Part shown: in pieces, positions 50,728 to 60,032 of the stretch
Numbering within the stretch: the stretch's first letter is position 1
How the letters are laid out: each line of letters starts with the position of its first letter
Origin: Thermodesulfobacteriota bacterium
Lineage (GTDB): Bacteria > Desulfobacterota > Desulfobaccia > Desulfobaccales > 0-14-0-80-60-11
Assembly: GCA_040756315.1 (NCBI GenBank)
Contig: JBFLZI010000001.1
Span: 2,461 to 66,460 of the forward strand
Direction of reading: 5' to 3'
Length of the DNA: 64,000 nucleotides
Program-made: the position numbers and the translations under genes
Notes under the pieces: model-generated
What the model was told of the DNA's origin: nothing
Seen by the model: the letters and a program-made list of their open reading frames with translations, nothing else
Database searches by the model: none

Positions 50728-51025
50728 GCCGGGACGGCGCCGGGATAAAAGGGGCCCCCTGGTCAGCGAGGAATATCGCTGCCAGACCTGCGCCTACCTG
50801 CGCCTGATCCACCGCCTCTCCGCCAAGGAGAAAGACCACCCCAAGCACATGTGGTGTCCCCGGTGCCGGGGCCGGAAGAAGTTCGTCAAAACGCCGGAAG
50901 GCCTGCATGAGACCCTGGCCGTTATGGCCGGAGCCGAACCGAAAACCTCCCGGGGGCGGCGTCAGCCGGTAACACAGCCGTTCGTTCTAGCTCGTCCCAG
51001 CGTGGTGGGACCCCCCGGAGATTGA
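50699..51025 (+). CDS. basic zinc-ribbon protein
   Basis: CQTC...CPRC. Start uncertain. Confidence 0.4.
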   Translation: MRKHRTKRRRPGRRRDKRGPLVSEEYRCQTCAYLRLIHRLSAKEKDHPKHMWCPRCRGRKKFVKTPEGLHETLAVMAGAEPKTSRGRRQPVTQPFVLARPSVVGPPGD

Positions 51026-51042
51026 TTAAAGGAGGATCTTTT

Positions 51043-51222
51043 ATGCCGGACTACATCGTTGAGGTTAAGTTCAAGAGCATCTACGGCCCCTTCACTTACC
51101 CGGACCCTGCCCAGTTGAAAGCGGATTTTCTGGCCGGGAGGCTTCCCCTCTCTTCGGACAACGCCGTCATCGAGGACAACCTGACGGCTGTCGCCGTGAA
51201 AGAGGTTAAGCCGGAAAAGTAA
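51043..51222 (+). CDS. hypothetical 59-aa protein
   Basis: ATG after AAAGGAGG. Confidence 0.4.
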   Translation: MPDYIVEVKFKSIYGPFTYPDPAQLKADFLAGRLPLSSDNAVIEDNLTAVAVKEVKPEK

Positions 51223-51443
51223 TGGCCGCAGAAGATATGGTTGAGGCACAACCCGTCACCGGCCCCATGATCGGCCAGACCTGCGAGGTCCTGCTCAACA
51301 ACCGATGGCACGAGGCGGAAATCCTTAAAGACAATCCCCATACCATTGTCGTGCGCGTTCTGACCAACGGACGCACCATTAAACGCCATAAAGAAAAGCA
51401 TCCCATCATCTGGCCTCATGAGAGACGGGAGGCTCACCCATGA
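51222..51443 (+). CDS. hypothetical 73-aa protein
   Basis: Tightly coupled ORF. Confidence 0.4.
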   Translation: MAAEDMVEAQPVTGPMIGQTCEVLLNNRWHEAEILKDNPHTIVVRVLTNGRTIKRHKEKHPIIWPHERREAHP

Positions 51444-52594
51444 TAGACCGCACCGAAATTCAACCGACCAAGGCCATAAGCGGTAGCCTGATCGCCGCCA
51501 TTGCCGGTTTCAACCCCTGGTCTGACGCCGTTTACGCCTATAACGCCATTTTCGGCCTGGCGGACGAAGAAAGCAGCTCGGCCGCTAGCTGGGGAGAAAA
51601 GCTGGAACCTCTCCTGGCCCGGGAATATGCCGAAGAGCATCGAGCCCTTCTCTGGCCCCATACCGACTTCGGCCTGGACCACCGCCGTTCTTATCTCATG
51701 CACCCTCAGCATAACTGGGCCAGCGGCACGCCGGACCGTTTGGTGATCAGCGACCCCAAGTGGATCATTCCCCTGGAACTTCATCTCCAGGACCCGGAAG
51801 CCGCCCAGGAACTCGCCCGCCAGCAGGTTCAAGACGGGAATTTCTGGGACCAGGTGAAGTGGGGCTGGGAAGGGAAGACCGCCGGGCCCCGGATGGTGCA
51901 TTTATGGGGAGAGGAAGACACTGACGACATTCCGCCCCTCTACCTGTGCCAGGTGGCCTGGTATATGGGCCTCACTTCCCTGCCGCGCTGGGATTTGAGC
52001 GTGCTGCTGGGCGGCCAGTATTTCCGCACCTACTACCTCCAACGCGTACCGGAACTGGAGCAGATGCTCTATCAGGTGGGCCACGATTTCTGGCACAACC
52101 ATATCCTGGTCCGCACCCCGCCCCCCCGGGACGCTTCCCCTGCCTGGAAGAACTATTTCAAGCGCTGGTTCCCCCAGGAGACGGAACCCCTTAAGCCGGC
52201 TGCCCGGGAGGATGAGGCCCTCATGCTGCGCCTGTGGCAGGTCGCGCAGCAATTGAAGGAGCTTGAGGCCGAAGATGAAACCCTGCGGAACGAGCTCCGG
52301 ATGGTTATCGGGGACCATGCCGGGATCGAAGGCGTTTACCAGGGGATGCCCTGGAAGATCACCTGGAAAAAGAACAAGGACGGCAAAAAAACCGATTGGG
52401 AAAAGCTCTGTAACAAGATCGTCGAACTTCACAAGGACTACCTCATGAAAATGGAGGGGCCTAAAGCCTTTGCCAAGTTCGTCGAAGTGACCTATCCCCC
52501 ATACCTGGCCGAATGCACCAGCTCCATAGAAGGGGCCCGGGTGTTCCGGCCCTCTTTCCCCAAACACCCCACAGAGAAAGGAAAGAAAAAATGA
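51440..52594 (+). CDS. YqaJ/lambda-Exo-like recombination exonuclease
   Basis: N-terminal GSLIAAIAG...P...Y...WGEKLEP and later acidic/Lys and Y..Q..WYM blocks. Paired with RecT. Confidence 0.6.
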   Translation: MIDRTEIQPTKAISGSLIAAIAGFNPWSDAVYAYNAIFGLADEESSSAASWGEKLEPLLAREYAEEHRALLWPHTDFGLDHRRSYLMHPQHNWASGTPDRLVISDPKWIIPLELHLQDPEAAQELARQQVQDGNFWDQVKWGWEGKTAGPRMVHLWGEEDTDDIPPLYLCQVAWYMGLTSLPRWDLSVLLGGQYFRTYYLQRVPELEQMLYQVGHDFWHNHILVRTPPPRDASPAWKNYFKRWFPQETEPLKPAAREDEALMLRLWQVAQQLKELEAEDETLRNELRMVIGDHAGIEGVYQGMPWKITWKKNKDGKKTDWEKLCNKIVELHKDYLMKMEGPKAFAKFVEVTYPPYLAECTSSIEGARVFRPSFPKHPTEKGKKK

Positions 52595-53904
52595 GCAGCA
52601 CCAGAACTCAGACCCCTCGGCCTGCGCCTCCCCCGCCTCCCCCAAAACAAACCGGGACCGCCGGGGCCCCGCCTCCGGCCAAGGGGCCGGACGCCAAACA
52701 ACAGGCCCTGGCCACCCTGAAAAAGTGGCTCAGCGGCAAAGAGAATTTGCTGGCCACCATGTGCGGCGGGAAAGAAGCCGCCGCCCGCTTCGGCCAGGCC
52801 GTGCTGCTGACCGCGGTGCGCAGCCCGTCGCTGCTCTCCTGTGATCTCAAATCCCTTTTCCTGGCGGCCCTGTGGTGCGCCCAACGCGGTCTGGAACCGG
52901 GAGTAGCCGATGGTTGCGCCATGGTGCCCTACAAAGGCAAGGTGACTCCCATTCCCCAGTATCAGGGCATCATCAAGCAGGCCGTCCAGCACGAGAGCGC
53001 CAAGAAGGTGCGGGCCAAACTGATCTATGCCAACGATTTTTACGAATGGGAGGAAGGAGAAAATCCCAGATTCGTCCACAAGCCCGCCCCCCTGGGCACC
53101 GAGCGGGGCAACATCATCGGCGCTTACGCCGTCATCACCCTCCCGGATGGCGAGAAGGTCACCCACGTCATGCCCCTGGACGATATTTACAAAATCCGGG
53201 CAGCCTCGGCGGCTTGGCGGGACGGCCAGCAAGGGCCTTGGAAGGATTGGGAAGAGCCCATGATTTTAAAGACCGTCACCAAGCAGGCCTTTAAATTCAT
53301 CCCGGTGGCCCCCAAGGTCCGGGACCTGCTGGAGCAGGATTCCAAGCTGGAGGCCGGCGCTCCCATTGAGGACGTCATGGACGCCGAGATTCTGGAGGTT
53401 ACGGAGGTCGCTGATAGCCAAGGCCAGGAGGGGCAGCCTCAGAGCCGGGCCGCCCAAATGGCCGAAGAACTCAAGCAGAAAACCGGTGCCCAGGATGTGC
53501 CTCCGCCGTCCCCGCCTCCTCCCCCGGAACCGCCCCCGGGAGACATGGAGGCTCCTCCCCCTTCTTCGGAAACCACAGCTGCACCTCCTGAACCGCCGTC
53601 AGGGAAGGCTCCGGCTCCCGGTACTGACTCAGATGCCGTGTCCGGACCCGAGGCACCCCAAGCCGGCGCCGAGACCCAGCTGGCCCCACCGGCGGAAGAG
53701 GACTTGGCGGCGATCTCCCGAAAAGTCCACCTGCTCTTTGACCAGGCCGTGGAGAAACAGATAGTGGGCCAGGTTATGTCCAAATTCTCTTTGCAGAAAT
53801 GGGAGGACCTGGTAGATCGTCCTGACCTGGTTCCCCTGGTGGAGAGCTTCATTCAGCAATCCCAGGCCCCGCCGCCCCCCAAAGGGCGTCAAAAATCGGC
53901 GTAA
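52591..53904 (+). CDS. recT: RecT-family single-strand annealing protein with Pro-rich C-terminal extension
   Basis: ATGA overlap with the exonuclease gene. Core ...GLEPG..DGCAMVPYKGKV...GAYAVITLPDGE...MILKTVTKQAFKFIP. Confidence 0.7.
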   Translation: MSSTRTQTPRPAPPPPPPKQTGTAGAPPPAKGPDAKQQALATLKKWLSGKENLLATMCGGKEAAARFGQAVLLTAVRSPSLLSCDLKSLFLAALWCAQRGLEPGVADGCAMVPYKGKVTPIPQYQGIIKQAVQHESAKKVRAKLIYANDFYEWEEGENPRFVHKPAPLGTERGNIIGAYAVITLPDGEKVTHVMPLDDIYKIRAASAAWRDGQQGPWKDWEEPMILKTVTKQAFKFIPVAPKVRDLLEQDSKLEAGAPIEDVMDAEILEVTEVADSQGQEGQPQSRAAQMAEELKQKTGAQDVPPPSPPPPPEPPPGDMEAPPPSSETTAAPPEPPSGKAPAPGTDSDAVSGPEAPQAGAETQLAPPAEEDLAAISRKVHLLFDQAVEKQIVGQVMSKFSLQKWEDLVDRPDLVPLVESFIQQSQAPPPPKGRQKSA

Positions 53905-53916
53905 ACGGAGCCTTTC

Positions 53917-54135
53917 ATGGCTGAACCGTATGAGGATTTTAAACTGGACAAGTATAAATCGGACGCCTATCTGGCTTCCCTTTCGGCCTCCGCAGCCGTA
54001 AAGGCCCTGAAAGAGATATTCGCCACCCGTGGCATTGAGGTTGACCCTGTTTATCTGAATCTGGAATCCGCCGCCGAGGCCTTCATCAGCAAGTTCTGCG
54101 AAGAGATCGTATCAGAGGTGGCTGGTGTCCTTTAA
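53917..54135 (+). CDS. hypothetical 72-aa protein
   Basis: ORF only. Confidence 0.4.
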   Translation: MAEPYEDFKLDKYKSDAYLASLSASAAVKALKEIFATRGIEVDPVYLNLESAAEAFISKFCEEIVSEVAGVL

Positions 54136-55591
54136 GCCATCTAAATATCAGAAAGCCATCTTTGATTTCGTGCGGGATGGAAGCGGCTCGGCGATCATTG
54201 AGGCAGTTGCCGGTAGCGGCAAGACCACCACCATCGTCAAATCCCTGGACCTTATTCCCCCGGACAGATCGGTCCTCTTTTTGGCCTTCAACAAGGGCAT
54301 CGCGGACGAACTTAAGAGCCGGGTCCCGAGGCACGTCCGGGCCGCCACTTTTCATTCCCAGGGATTCGCCGCCTGGCGCAAGTACGTGGGAAAGAACCTC
54401 GTGGTGGACCCCAAAAAGACCCAGAAGCTCATCAGGGAAATGATGGACCCCAGAGAAGAGGAGTTATACGGCCCCTTTGTAAGTCGCCTGGTGGGCCTGG
54501 CCAAGTCGGTGGGCATGAGCTATTTGATGCCAGACGAACCACGGGAGTGGTCCGAACTCATAAACTACTTCAACGTCTATCTCGACAGCGAGGATGCCAA
54601 GGAGGAAGAAGGCATTGAGATGGCCCAGGCAGTACTGGAGGAGTCCATCGAAAAGGCCCCGGAGGTCGTTGATTATGATGACATGCTGTTCATGCCTCTT
54701 CTCAAGGAAGTGACCTTTTGGCCCCATGACTTTGTATTCGTGGACGAGGCCCAGGACACCAATGCCGTGCAGGCCGCCCTGTTGAAAAGGATGCTCCGGC
54801 CCCAGGGTCGGCTCATCGCCGTGGGGGATCCCCACCAGGCCATCTATGGCTTCCGGGGGGCCGACAGCAACGCCATGGACAACATCGCCGACGATTTCCT
54901 GTGCATCCGCTTGCCCCTCAGCGTCTCCTATCGTTGTCCCCAGGCCATTGTAAGAGCGGCCCGGGAATACGTGCCCCACATCGAGGCCTACCCCGGGGCC
55001 CCCATGGGCTCGGTCAGGGACCTGGGGGGTCAATATAAGCCCGACATCTTCACCAAAGAGGATGCCATTCTGTGCCGCAAGAACGCCCCCTTGGTGGCCA
55101 TGGCCTACCATCTCATCGGCCACGGAATGCCTTGCAAAATCCTGGGCCGGGAAATCGGCAAGGGTTTGGCGAGGCTGATAGGCCGGATGCAGGCAATTAA
55201 CCTGGACCAGTTATTACAGAAGCTGCTCCACTATGAAAACCGCGAGTTGAAACGGTGCGCCGAAAGGGACCAGCCGGAGAAGGCCCAGGAGATCACAGAT
55301 AAAGTCAACTCCATCATGGTGCTCATTGAAAACCTTCCCGAAGACAAGCAAACCTTGGAAGGTCTTTTATCAGAGGTGGAACGAATCTTTTCCGACAATG
55401 GCGAGGGGACGCTTGTTCTCTCCACCATCCACAAGGCCAAGGGCCTGGAATTCCCCCGGGTGTTCATTCTGAACCGGGACCTCATGCCCTCCAAGTGGGC
55501 CAGGACCCCCTGGCAGCAACGCCAGGAAATCAACCTGATCTACGTGGCCTACACCCGGGCCAAGGAAGAGCTTAATTTCATTACCAGGTAA
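54125..55591 (+). CDS. UvrD/Rep-like superfamily-1 helicase
   Basis: AVAGSGKTTT, FVFVDEAQDT, AVGDPHQAIYGFRGA, STIHKAKGLEF, VAYTRAKEEL. Confidence 0.8.
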   Translation: MSFKPSKYQKAIFDFVRDGSGSAIIEAVAGSGKTTTIVKSLDLIPPDRSVLFLAFNKGIADELKSRVPRHVRAATFHSQGFAAWRKYVGKNLVVDPKKTQKLIREMMDPREEELYGPFVSRLVGLAKSVGMSYLMPDEPREWSELINYFNVYLDSEDAKEEEGIEMAQAVLEESIEKAPEVVDYDDMLFMPLLKEVTFWPHDFVFVDEAQDTNAVQAALLKRMLRPQGRLIAVGDPHQAIYGFRGADSNAMDNIADDFLCIRLPLSVSYRCPQAIVRAAREYVPHIEAYPGAPMGSVRDLGGQYKPDIFTKEDAILCRKNAPLVAMAYHLIGHGMPCKILGREIGKGLARLIGRMQAINLDQLLQKLLHYENRELKRCAERDQPEKAQEITDKVNSIMVLIENLPEDKQTLEGLLSEVERIFSDNGEGTLVLSTIHKAKGLEFPRVFILNRDLMPSKWARTPWQQRQEINLIYVAYTRAKEELNFITR

Positions 55592-55606
55592 AGAAAGGGG
55601 GCATAA

Positions 55607-55876
55607 GTGCTTAAGTTTCTCAGCCGCCTGTTCCTTGCGGCATTCCTGGTAGCGGGTCCGGTTCAGGGTAAGGAAGGGCAGCAGCCTTACACCCTCAAGG
55701 TGGTGGCCCAGGAACGGGGCGAGGCCCGGGTCTTTGAAGTGACGGGAGGCCAAACGGCCTTCTCTTCGGCCCTGGCCGAGATCGTCAGGCGGAAATATAT
55801 GATCATCAGTGTCTGCCCCGTCAATAGGGAGGGCACCACTGTTGCTCTCCTGGTAACGGTCTCCCCGGTCCGCTGA
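55607..55876 (+). CDS. small secreted protein
   Basis: Signal peptide MLKFLSRLFLAAFLVAGPVQG. GTG start. Confidence 0.45.
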   Translation: MLKFLSRLFLAAFLVAGPVQGKEGQQPYTLKVVAQERGEARVFEVTGGQTAFSSALAEIVRRKYMIISVCPVNREGTTVALLVTVSPVR

Positions 55877-55892
55877 AGAGGAAGCTCCAGAA

Positions 55893-56204
55893 GTGGGGGC
55901 CATGACAATCAGCCTTTGGGACGATGACAACCTACCGGGCAAGGGAGGGGTTATGAAGGCCATGCGACTACGGATGGACATAGTGCTGATTAACGCCAAG
56001 ATTGATTTCCAAAAAGGCATGGTTGAATGTGATGGAGAAATTCATCCTTTGGGCCTTGCCAACTTGACGCCTCCCAAAATATTCGTGGCGTTTCCATTGA
56101 GCCTCAAAACCCTTGAAGTCTTGGTCCGAGAATTCGAGGAAAGGATGGGAACAGTGCTTAAAGAAAGTCCTGGGAACCGTTTACCGGGAGAAAAGGCTAT
56201 CTGA
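55893..56204 (+). CDS. hypothetical protein
   Basis: 103-aa ORF. Start uncertain. Confidence 0.35.
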   Translation: MGAMTISLWDDDNLPGKGGVMKAMRLRMDIVLINAKIDFQKGMVECDGEIHPLGLANLTPPKIFVAFPLSLKTLEVLVREFEERMGTVLKESPGNRLPGEKAI

Positions 56205-56209
56205 CCTTT

Positions 56210-56638
56210 ATGAAGAAATCCTTCCATCTCGCCCATACCGAAGTGCCGGTCAGCAAGACCGCCGGGGAGATCATGACCCTTCTCGGGCAGAAAGGCGCCA
56301 AGCAGATCCTCACCGAATACGAGGACGGCGAAGTGGTGGCCCTATCTTTCTTAATCTACCATGGGCAAAAAGAAATCTCCTTTCGCCTGCCGGTGCGCTG
56401 GGAGAAGTGCCTGGAGGCCATGGAGCGCACCCAGACCCGCCGGAGCCAGACCAACCCGGAGCAGGCCCGGCGCACCGCCTGGCGGCTGGTGTTCCACTGG
56501 CTTCAGGCCCAGTTCGCCCTCATGGACGTGGGCATGATCGACCTGGTGGAGGCCATGCTGCCCCACATTCGGGTAGGAGACCAGACGTTCTATGAGCGGC
56601 TGCTGGATAGCAACCTCAAGCTCTTGGAAGTCAAATAG
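56210..56638 (+). CDS. hypothetical protein
   Basis: 142-aa ORF upstream of the integrase. Confidence 0.45.
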   Translation: MKKSFHLAHTEVPVSKTAGEIMTLLGQKGAKQILTEYEDGEVVALSFLIYHGQKEISFRLPVRWEKCLEAMERTQTRRSQTNPEQARRTAWRLVFHWLQAQFALMDVGMIDLVEAMLPHIRVGDQTFYERLLDSNLKLLEVK

Positions 56639-56686
56639 CAGGGTGACACCTTGACATACCCCCCCGCCTCAGTCCATAATCTCTGC

Positions 56687-57883
56687 ATGGCCGGGACGAT
56701 ACGCACCAAAGAAAAATGCCCCAAATGCGGCGGGTCTTATCAAGGCGAACCTCTTCACTGTCCTTCCTGCTTTACCACGCCTGGCCGAGTATTTATCGAT
56801 TTATGGTGGAAAGGGGGGCCCAAAAAGAAGAAGCGGCTCAAGCTCTATTCTGGCAAGGACGGCCACCCCTTGGATTCCTGGGAGCGGGCAAATCGGCTGC
56901 TTACGGCCATCCGGCATGAGATCGACCTGCGCAGCTTCGATCCCAAAAACTATGTGGCCCAGGAGCTTAAACCCTTCTTCATCCCCAATTATATTCATGA
57001 GTGGGTCAAGCGCCGGGAGCAAGATTGCAACCGCCGCCTGATTTCCCGAGCCTACCTGAAGGAATTAAAACGTTACGTCCGGGTATATTTTCTCCCCTTT
57101 TTCGGCAAATTTTCTATCAAAGATCTCCGTAAAAGCCACCTGGACGATTTCGTCCGTTGGCTGCCAGAAAACCTTAGTGCCAAAACCATGCGGAATATCA
57201 TCGGGGTTCTCCGAAAATTGTTCCAGGATGCTTATGACCGGGAAGATATAGCCGCGATGCCTCTTTTTCCCAAAATAGCGAAAGGGGAGTCGGTTACCCG
57301 CTGGCTTAATGAGGAGGAGCAGGCTCATATCTTGGCCCACACCCGGGGTGTCTATCGGGCTTTTTTTACCTTCCTGATGCACACCGGTTGCCGAGGAGGA
57401 GAGGCCCGGGCTTTAAAATGGGAATATGTTGATCTAAAGAACGACGTGGTGACTATCTGCGCAGGATTCGATTTGGGACAGTTTAAGCCATACACTAAAG
57501 AAAGGGAGGTCCGCTATCTGCCCCTGCATCCCGAGGCCCGGACCGCCCTTTTGAGCCTGCCCCGCTCTCTGGCCGGATGGGTATTTGTCAATTCCCGGGG
57601 GCGCCCCCTATCACAGCGGGCGGTATGCACAGCCTGGCAGAAGGCCCGCGAGAAAGCTGGAATTAATGTGACCTGCTATGAAGGTACTAGGCACTCCTTT
57701 GCCAGCCAGGCTATTAATCGGGGCATATCGGAGAGAAAGATAGGGGACTTTCTCGGACACAAGCATTCATCTTCCACCCGGCGCTATGCCAAGATGCGGG
57801 CCGAGGCCCTGCGAGAGGTCCTGGCAGAGTGTCCCCAGACTGTCCCCGGGGACATTGGGGCCATAAATAATATGCCAAAATAA
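56687..57883 (+). CDS. int: tyrosine integrase with N-terminal zinc ribbon
   Basis: CPKCGG...CPSC, GCRGGEARAL (Arg), GTRHSFAS (H-x-x-R), GHKHSSSTRRYAK (His/Tyr). The track start TTG at 56651 is possible. Confidence 0.8.
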   Translation: MAGTIRTKEKCPKCGGSYQGEPLHCPSCFTTPGRVFIDLWWKGGPKKKKRLKLYSGKDGHPLDSWERANRLLTAIRHEIDLRSFDPKNYVAQELKPFFIPNYIHEWVKRREQDCNRRLISRAYLKELKRYVRVYFLPFFGKFSIKDLRKSHLDDFVRWLPENLSAKTMRNIIGVLRKLFQDAYDREDIAAMPLFPKIAKGESVTRWLNEEEQAHILAHTRGVYRAFFTFLMHTGCRGGEARALKWEYVDLKNDVVTICAGFDLGQFKPYTKEREVRYLPLHPEARTALLSLPRSLAGWVFVNSRGRPLSQRAVCTAWQKAREKAGINVTCYEGTRHSFASQAINRGISERKIGDFLGHKHSSSTRRYAKMRAEALREVLAECPQTVPGDIGAINNMPK

Positions 57884-57907
57884 CTAAAGAAAATGGGGTA
57901 AGACAAT

Positions 57908-57933
57908 CGGTTCAAGTCCCGTCGCTCACCCCA
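57908..57933 (+). other. tRNA (or tmRNA) 3'-end-like sequence, putative att core at the right prophage junction
   Basis: CGGTTCAAGTCCCGTCGCTCACCCCA reads as a T-loop (GTTCAAGTC), a 3' acceptor strand and a CCA-like end. No matching 5' tRNA half lies upstream. Confidence 0.5.
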
Positions 57934-58057
57934 GATAACTTATGGGAATTATTAGGTTTGATTGCCTGATTAAATGGACCCTTCCCGGACTTAAGATTAG
58001 TTCTCCCTCTCCCTAAGTCACCCCCACCTAATCAGTGCTCTTGCCCAGCCTAGGAGA

Positions 58058-58837
58058 TTATTTTTCTATCTGCTGCAAATCCTTGGACCGGTCCTGTCCC
58101 AGGTTTAGCTGGCCGAAGGCACTGTCTTTTTCCGGCAGGATGAGGAGGAAGCGGTGGATAGGGGCGATTTCGGCGGTGGCTGCGGTGACGGTGAAGCTCA
58201 GGACATGGCCCCCGGATTTGCCGTCCGCCGAGACAAAATGAAGATGAAAGCCCGGCACGGTGATGCCCTTGGCGTACTCGGGGGCCCCAAATCCCACCAG
58301 AGTTCCGGCAATATCCCCCAAGTCAAAAACCGCCTGATGTTTAGCAACCTCCAGCAGCGGCGGGTAAGGTTTCTTCTGGGCCGGGACGCTCCTGGTCTTC
58401 ATCCCGGCAAAGCGCCCGGTGATTTTCACCGCAGAAAAGATATTGGCATTGGCCACCGCGCCATTAATAAGCTTTTCCAGGCCGGACAAATCGGTGCCGG
58501 GCTTCACCTTCAGCCTGATTTCCGGCATGAATTGGACTACTTCCGCAAAGGGAGTGGTGGTTTGCGGTCCAGGGGTGTAAACCTGGCCGTCGGCTTTCAC
58601 CTGGTAGATTTTGCGGTTCAGCACCACCATTTCCCCGTCCAGTTTGTCGAAGGTGCCCAGGCCCAGGTCCCCCTCAGACAGTAATTCCCGGCAGGTCACC
58701 TGGCCGTCATAAGCCCCGGCCATTAAGGCCCCAATGGTGGAGAATTGGGTGAGGGTGCCCGGGGCGGCGGCAAGGCTGAGAGTAACGGTAAGGAGTAAAC
58801 CGCCCAGGAAAGATAAGACGGCCAGGGGTTTCTTCAT
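58058..58837 (-). CDS. budA: alpha-acetolactate decarboxylase-like protein with signal peptide
   Basis: FSTIGALMAGAYDGQ...GLGTFDKLDGEMVVL pattern. N-terminal hydrophobic leader. Confidence 0.7.
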   Translation of the reverse strand: MKKPLAVLSFLGGLLLTVTLSLAAAPGTLTQFSTIGALMAGAYDGQVTCRELLSEGDLGLGTFDKLDGEMVVLNRKIYQVKADGQVYTPGPQTTTPFAEVVQFMPEIRLKVKPGTDLSGLEKLINGAVANANIFSAVKITGRFAGMKTRSVPAQKKPYPPLLEVAKHQAVFDLGDIAGTLVGFGAPEYAKGITVPGFHLHFVSADGKSGGHVLSFTVTAATAEIAPIHRFLLILPEKDSAFGQLNLGQDRSKDLQQIEK

Positions 58838-58988
58838 GGGTTCTCCTTTTGCCGGTGCCGGAATTTTACCATCGGGGGCACGGCAAGCCGTGCTCCTGCA
58901 AACTAAAGTAAGTGGCCGATGGGAGGGGCAGGAACCGGAGCACAGGCTGGAAGCCTGTGCTGCCGGGCCCTAGCCCCCTCCCCCCAGA

Positions 58989-60017
58989 TCAGTAAATCTC
59001 TTCGTAGCCCAGGTCGTCTGCCTTGACCTTGTCCTTGAAGAGGAAGTGCACCCAGGTCTGATAGGCGATAACCAGGGGCACAAAGGTCAGGGCCACCCCT
59101 AACATGATCTTCAGGGTCAGGGTACTGGAAGCGGAGTTGTATATAGTCAAGCTCCAGGCGGGATTCAGGCTGGAGGGCAGCAGATTGGGATAGAGGCCCA
59201 CCACGCCGAAGAGGGTGGCGCTGACAATGGTGGCCGCGGAGGCAAACCAGGCCCGCCAAAAGGCGCCTTGGGCCATAAAGACCCGCATGGCAATGAGGGC
59301 CGCCACCGTGATCAGGGGGATCAGCAGCAACAAAGGCTGGTTCAGGTAGTTGTCATAAAGGTTGGTGAAGCGCCGGGTGGCCAGCAAAAAGAGCACCGCC
59401 ACGACCAATAACCCGGCCCAGAGCTTTTTAGCCAGCGCGGCGGCGCGTTGCTGCAACTCATCGTGGGTCTTCACCGCCAGCCACAGGGAGCCGTGCACCA
59501 AAAACAGCAGGAGAAACAGGAGACCGCCGGCCAGCCCGTAAGGATTTAGGAGGGTGAAGAGGGTGCCCTGGTAAATGCCCTGTTCGTCCAGGGGCAGGCC
59601 CTGGAAGATGTTGGCAAAGGCCACCCCGAACAGGAGGGCCGGGAGGAAGCTTCCCAAGGTGAGGCAGAAATCCCAGAGCGCCCGCCAGCGCCGGTCGTCC
59701 ACCGCGCCCCGGAAGGCAAAGGACACGCCCCGGATGATCAAGGCAAAGAGAATGAGCATCAAGGCGGAATAGAGCCCGCTGAACATCACGGCATAAGTGG
59801 TGGGAAAGGCCGCGAAGGTCACGCCCCCCGCGGTGATGAGCCACACTTCGTTGCCGTCCCACACCGGCTCCAGGGTGCGATAGACCAGGCGCCGCTCCGT
59901 ATCGCTCTTGGCCAGAACCGGCATCAGGGTTCCGGCCCCCAAGTCAAAGCCGTCCAGCATAAAGTACACGGCCCACAGAACGCCCCATAAAATAAACCAG
60001 ATGGTGGGTAGTAACAT
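58989..60017 (-). CDS. cydB: cytochrome bd oxidase subunit II
   Basis: MLLPTIWFILWGVLWAVYFMLDGFDLGAG. Polytopic membrane protein downstream of cydA. Confidence 0.85.
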   Translation of the reverse strand: MLLPTIWFILWGVLWAVYFMLDGFDLGAGTLMPVLAKSDTERRLVYRTLEPVWDGNEVWLITAGGVTFAAFPTTYAVMFSGLYSALMLILFALIIRGVSFAFRGAVDDRRWRALWDFCLTLGSFLPALLFGVAFANIFQGLPLDEQGIYQGTLFTLLNPYGLAGGLLFLLLFLVHGSLWLAVKTHDELQQRAAALAKKLWAGLLVVAVLFLLATRRFTNLYDNYLNQPLLLLIPLITVAALIAMRVFMAQGAFWRAWFASAATIVSATLFGVVGLYPNLLPSSLNPAWSLTIYNSASSTLTLKIMLGVALTFVPLVIAYQTWVHFLFKDKVKADDLGYEEIY

Positions 60018-60032
60018 GGCGTTTCCCTCCCT

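Larger units (their letters stand above)
1..57933. mobile_element. Integrated temperate tailed-phage genome (prophage), left end beyond the window
   Basis: Contiguous phage modules: packaging, head and tail genes, replication, CI/Cro switch, Exo/RecT, and an integrase at the right edge followed by a tRNA-3'-end-like sequence. Ordinary host genes begin at 58058. Confidence 0.85.

Noticed and set aside
49738-53232. Long minus-strand ORFs (49738-50568, 51434-51901, 51902-52645, 52492-53232) opposite the CI, Exo and RecT genes
   Set aside because: They lie antisense to genes with clear motifs, and their translations are Gly/Pro/Arg-rich filler.
56113-56595. 160-aa alternative-frame ORF spanning the 55893-56204 / 56210-56638 junction
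   Set aside because: Only its first ~40 codons look protein-like and the rest is Arg/Pro/Gly filler. Third-position GC does not discriminate the frames here, so the two track ORFs were kept with low confidence.
57858-57933. Complete tRNA gene overlapping the integrase 3' end
   Set aside because: Only the T-loop and 3' acceptor strand are recognisable. There is no complementary 5' acceptor strand at the expected distance and no D or anticodon arms. It is treated as an att fragment.
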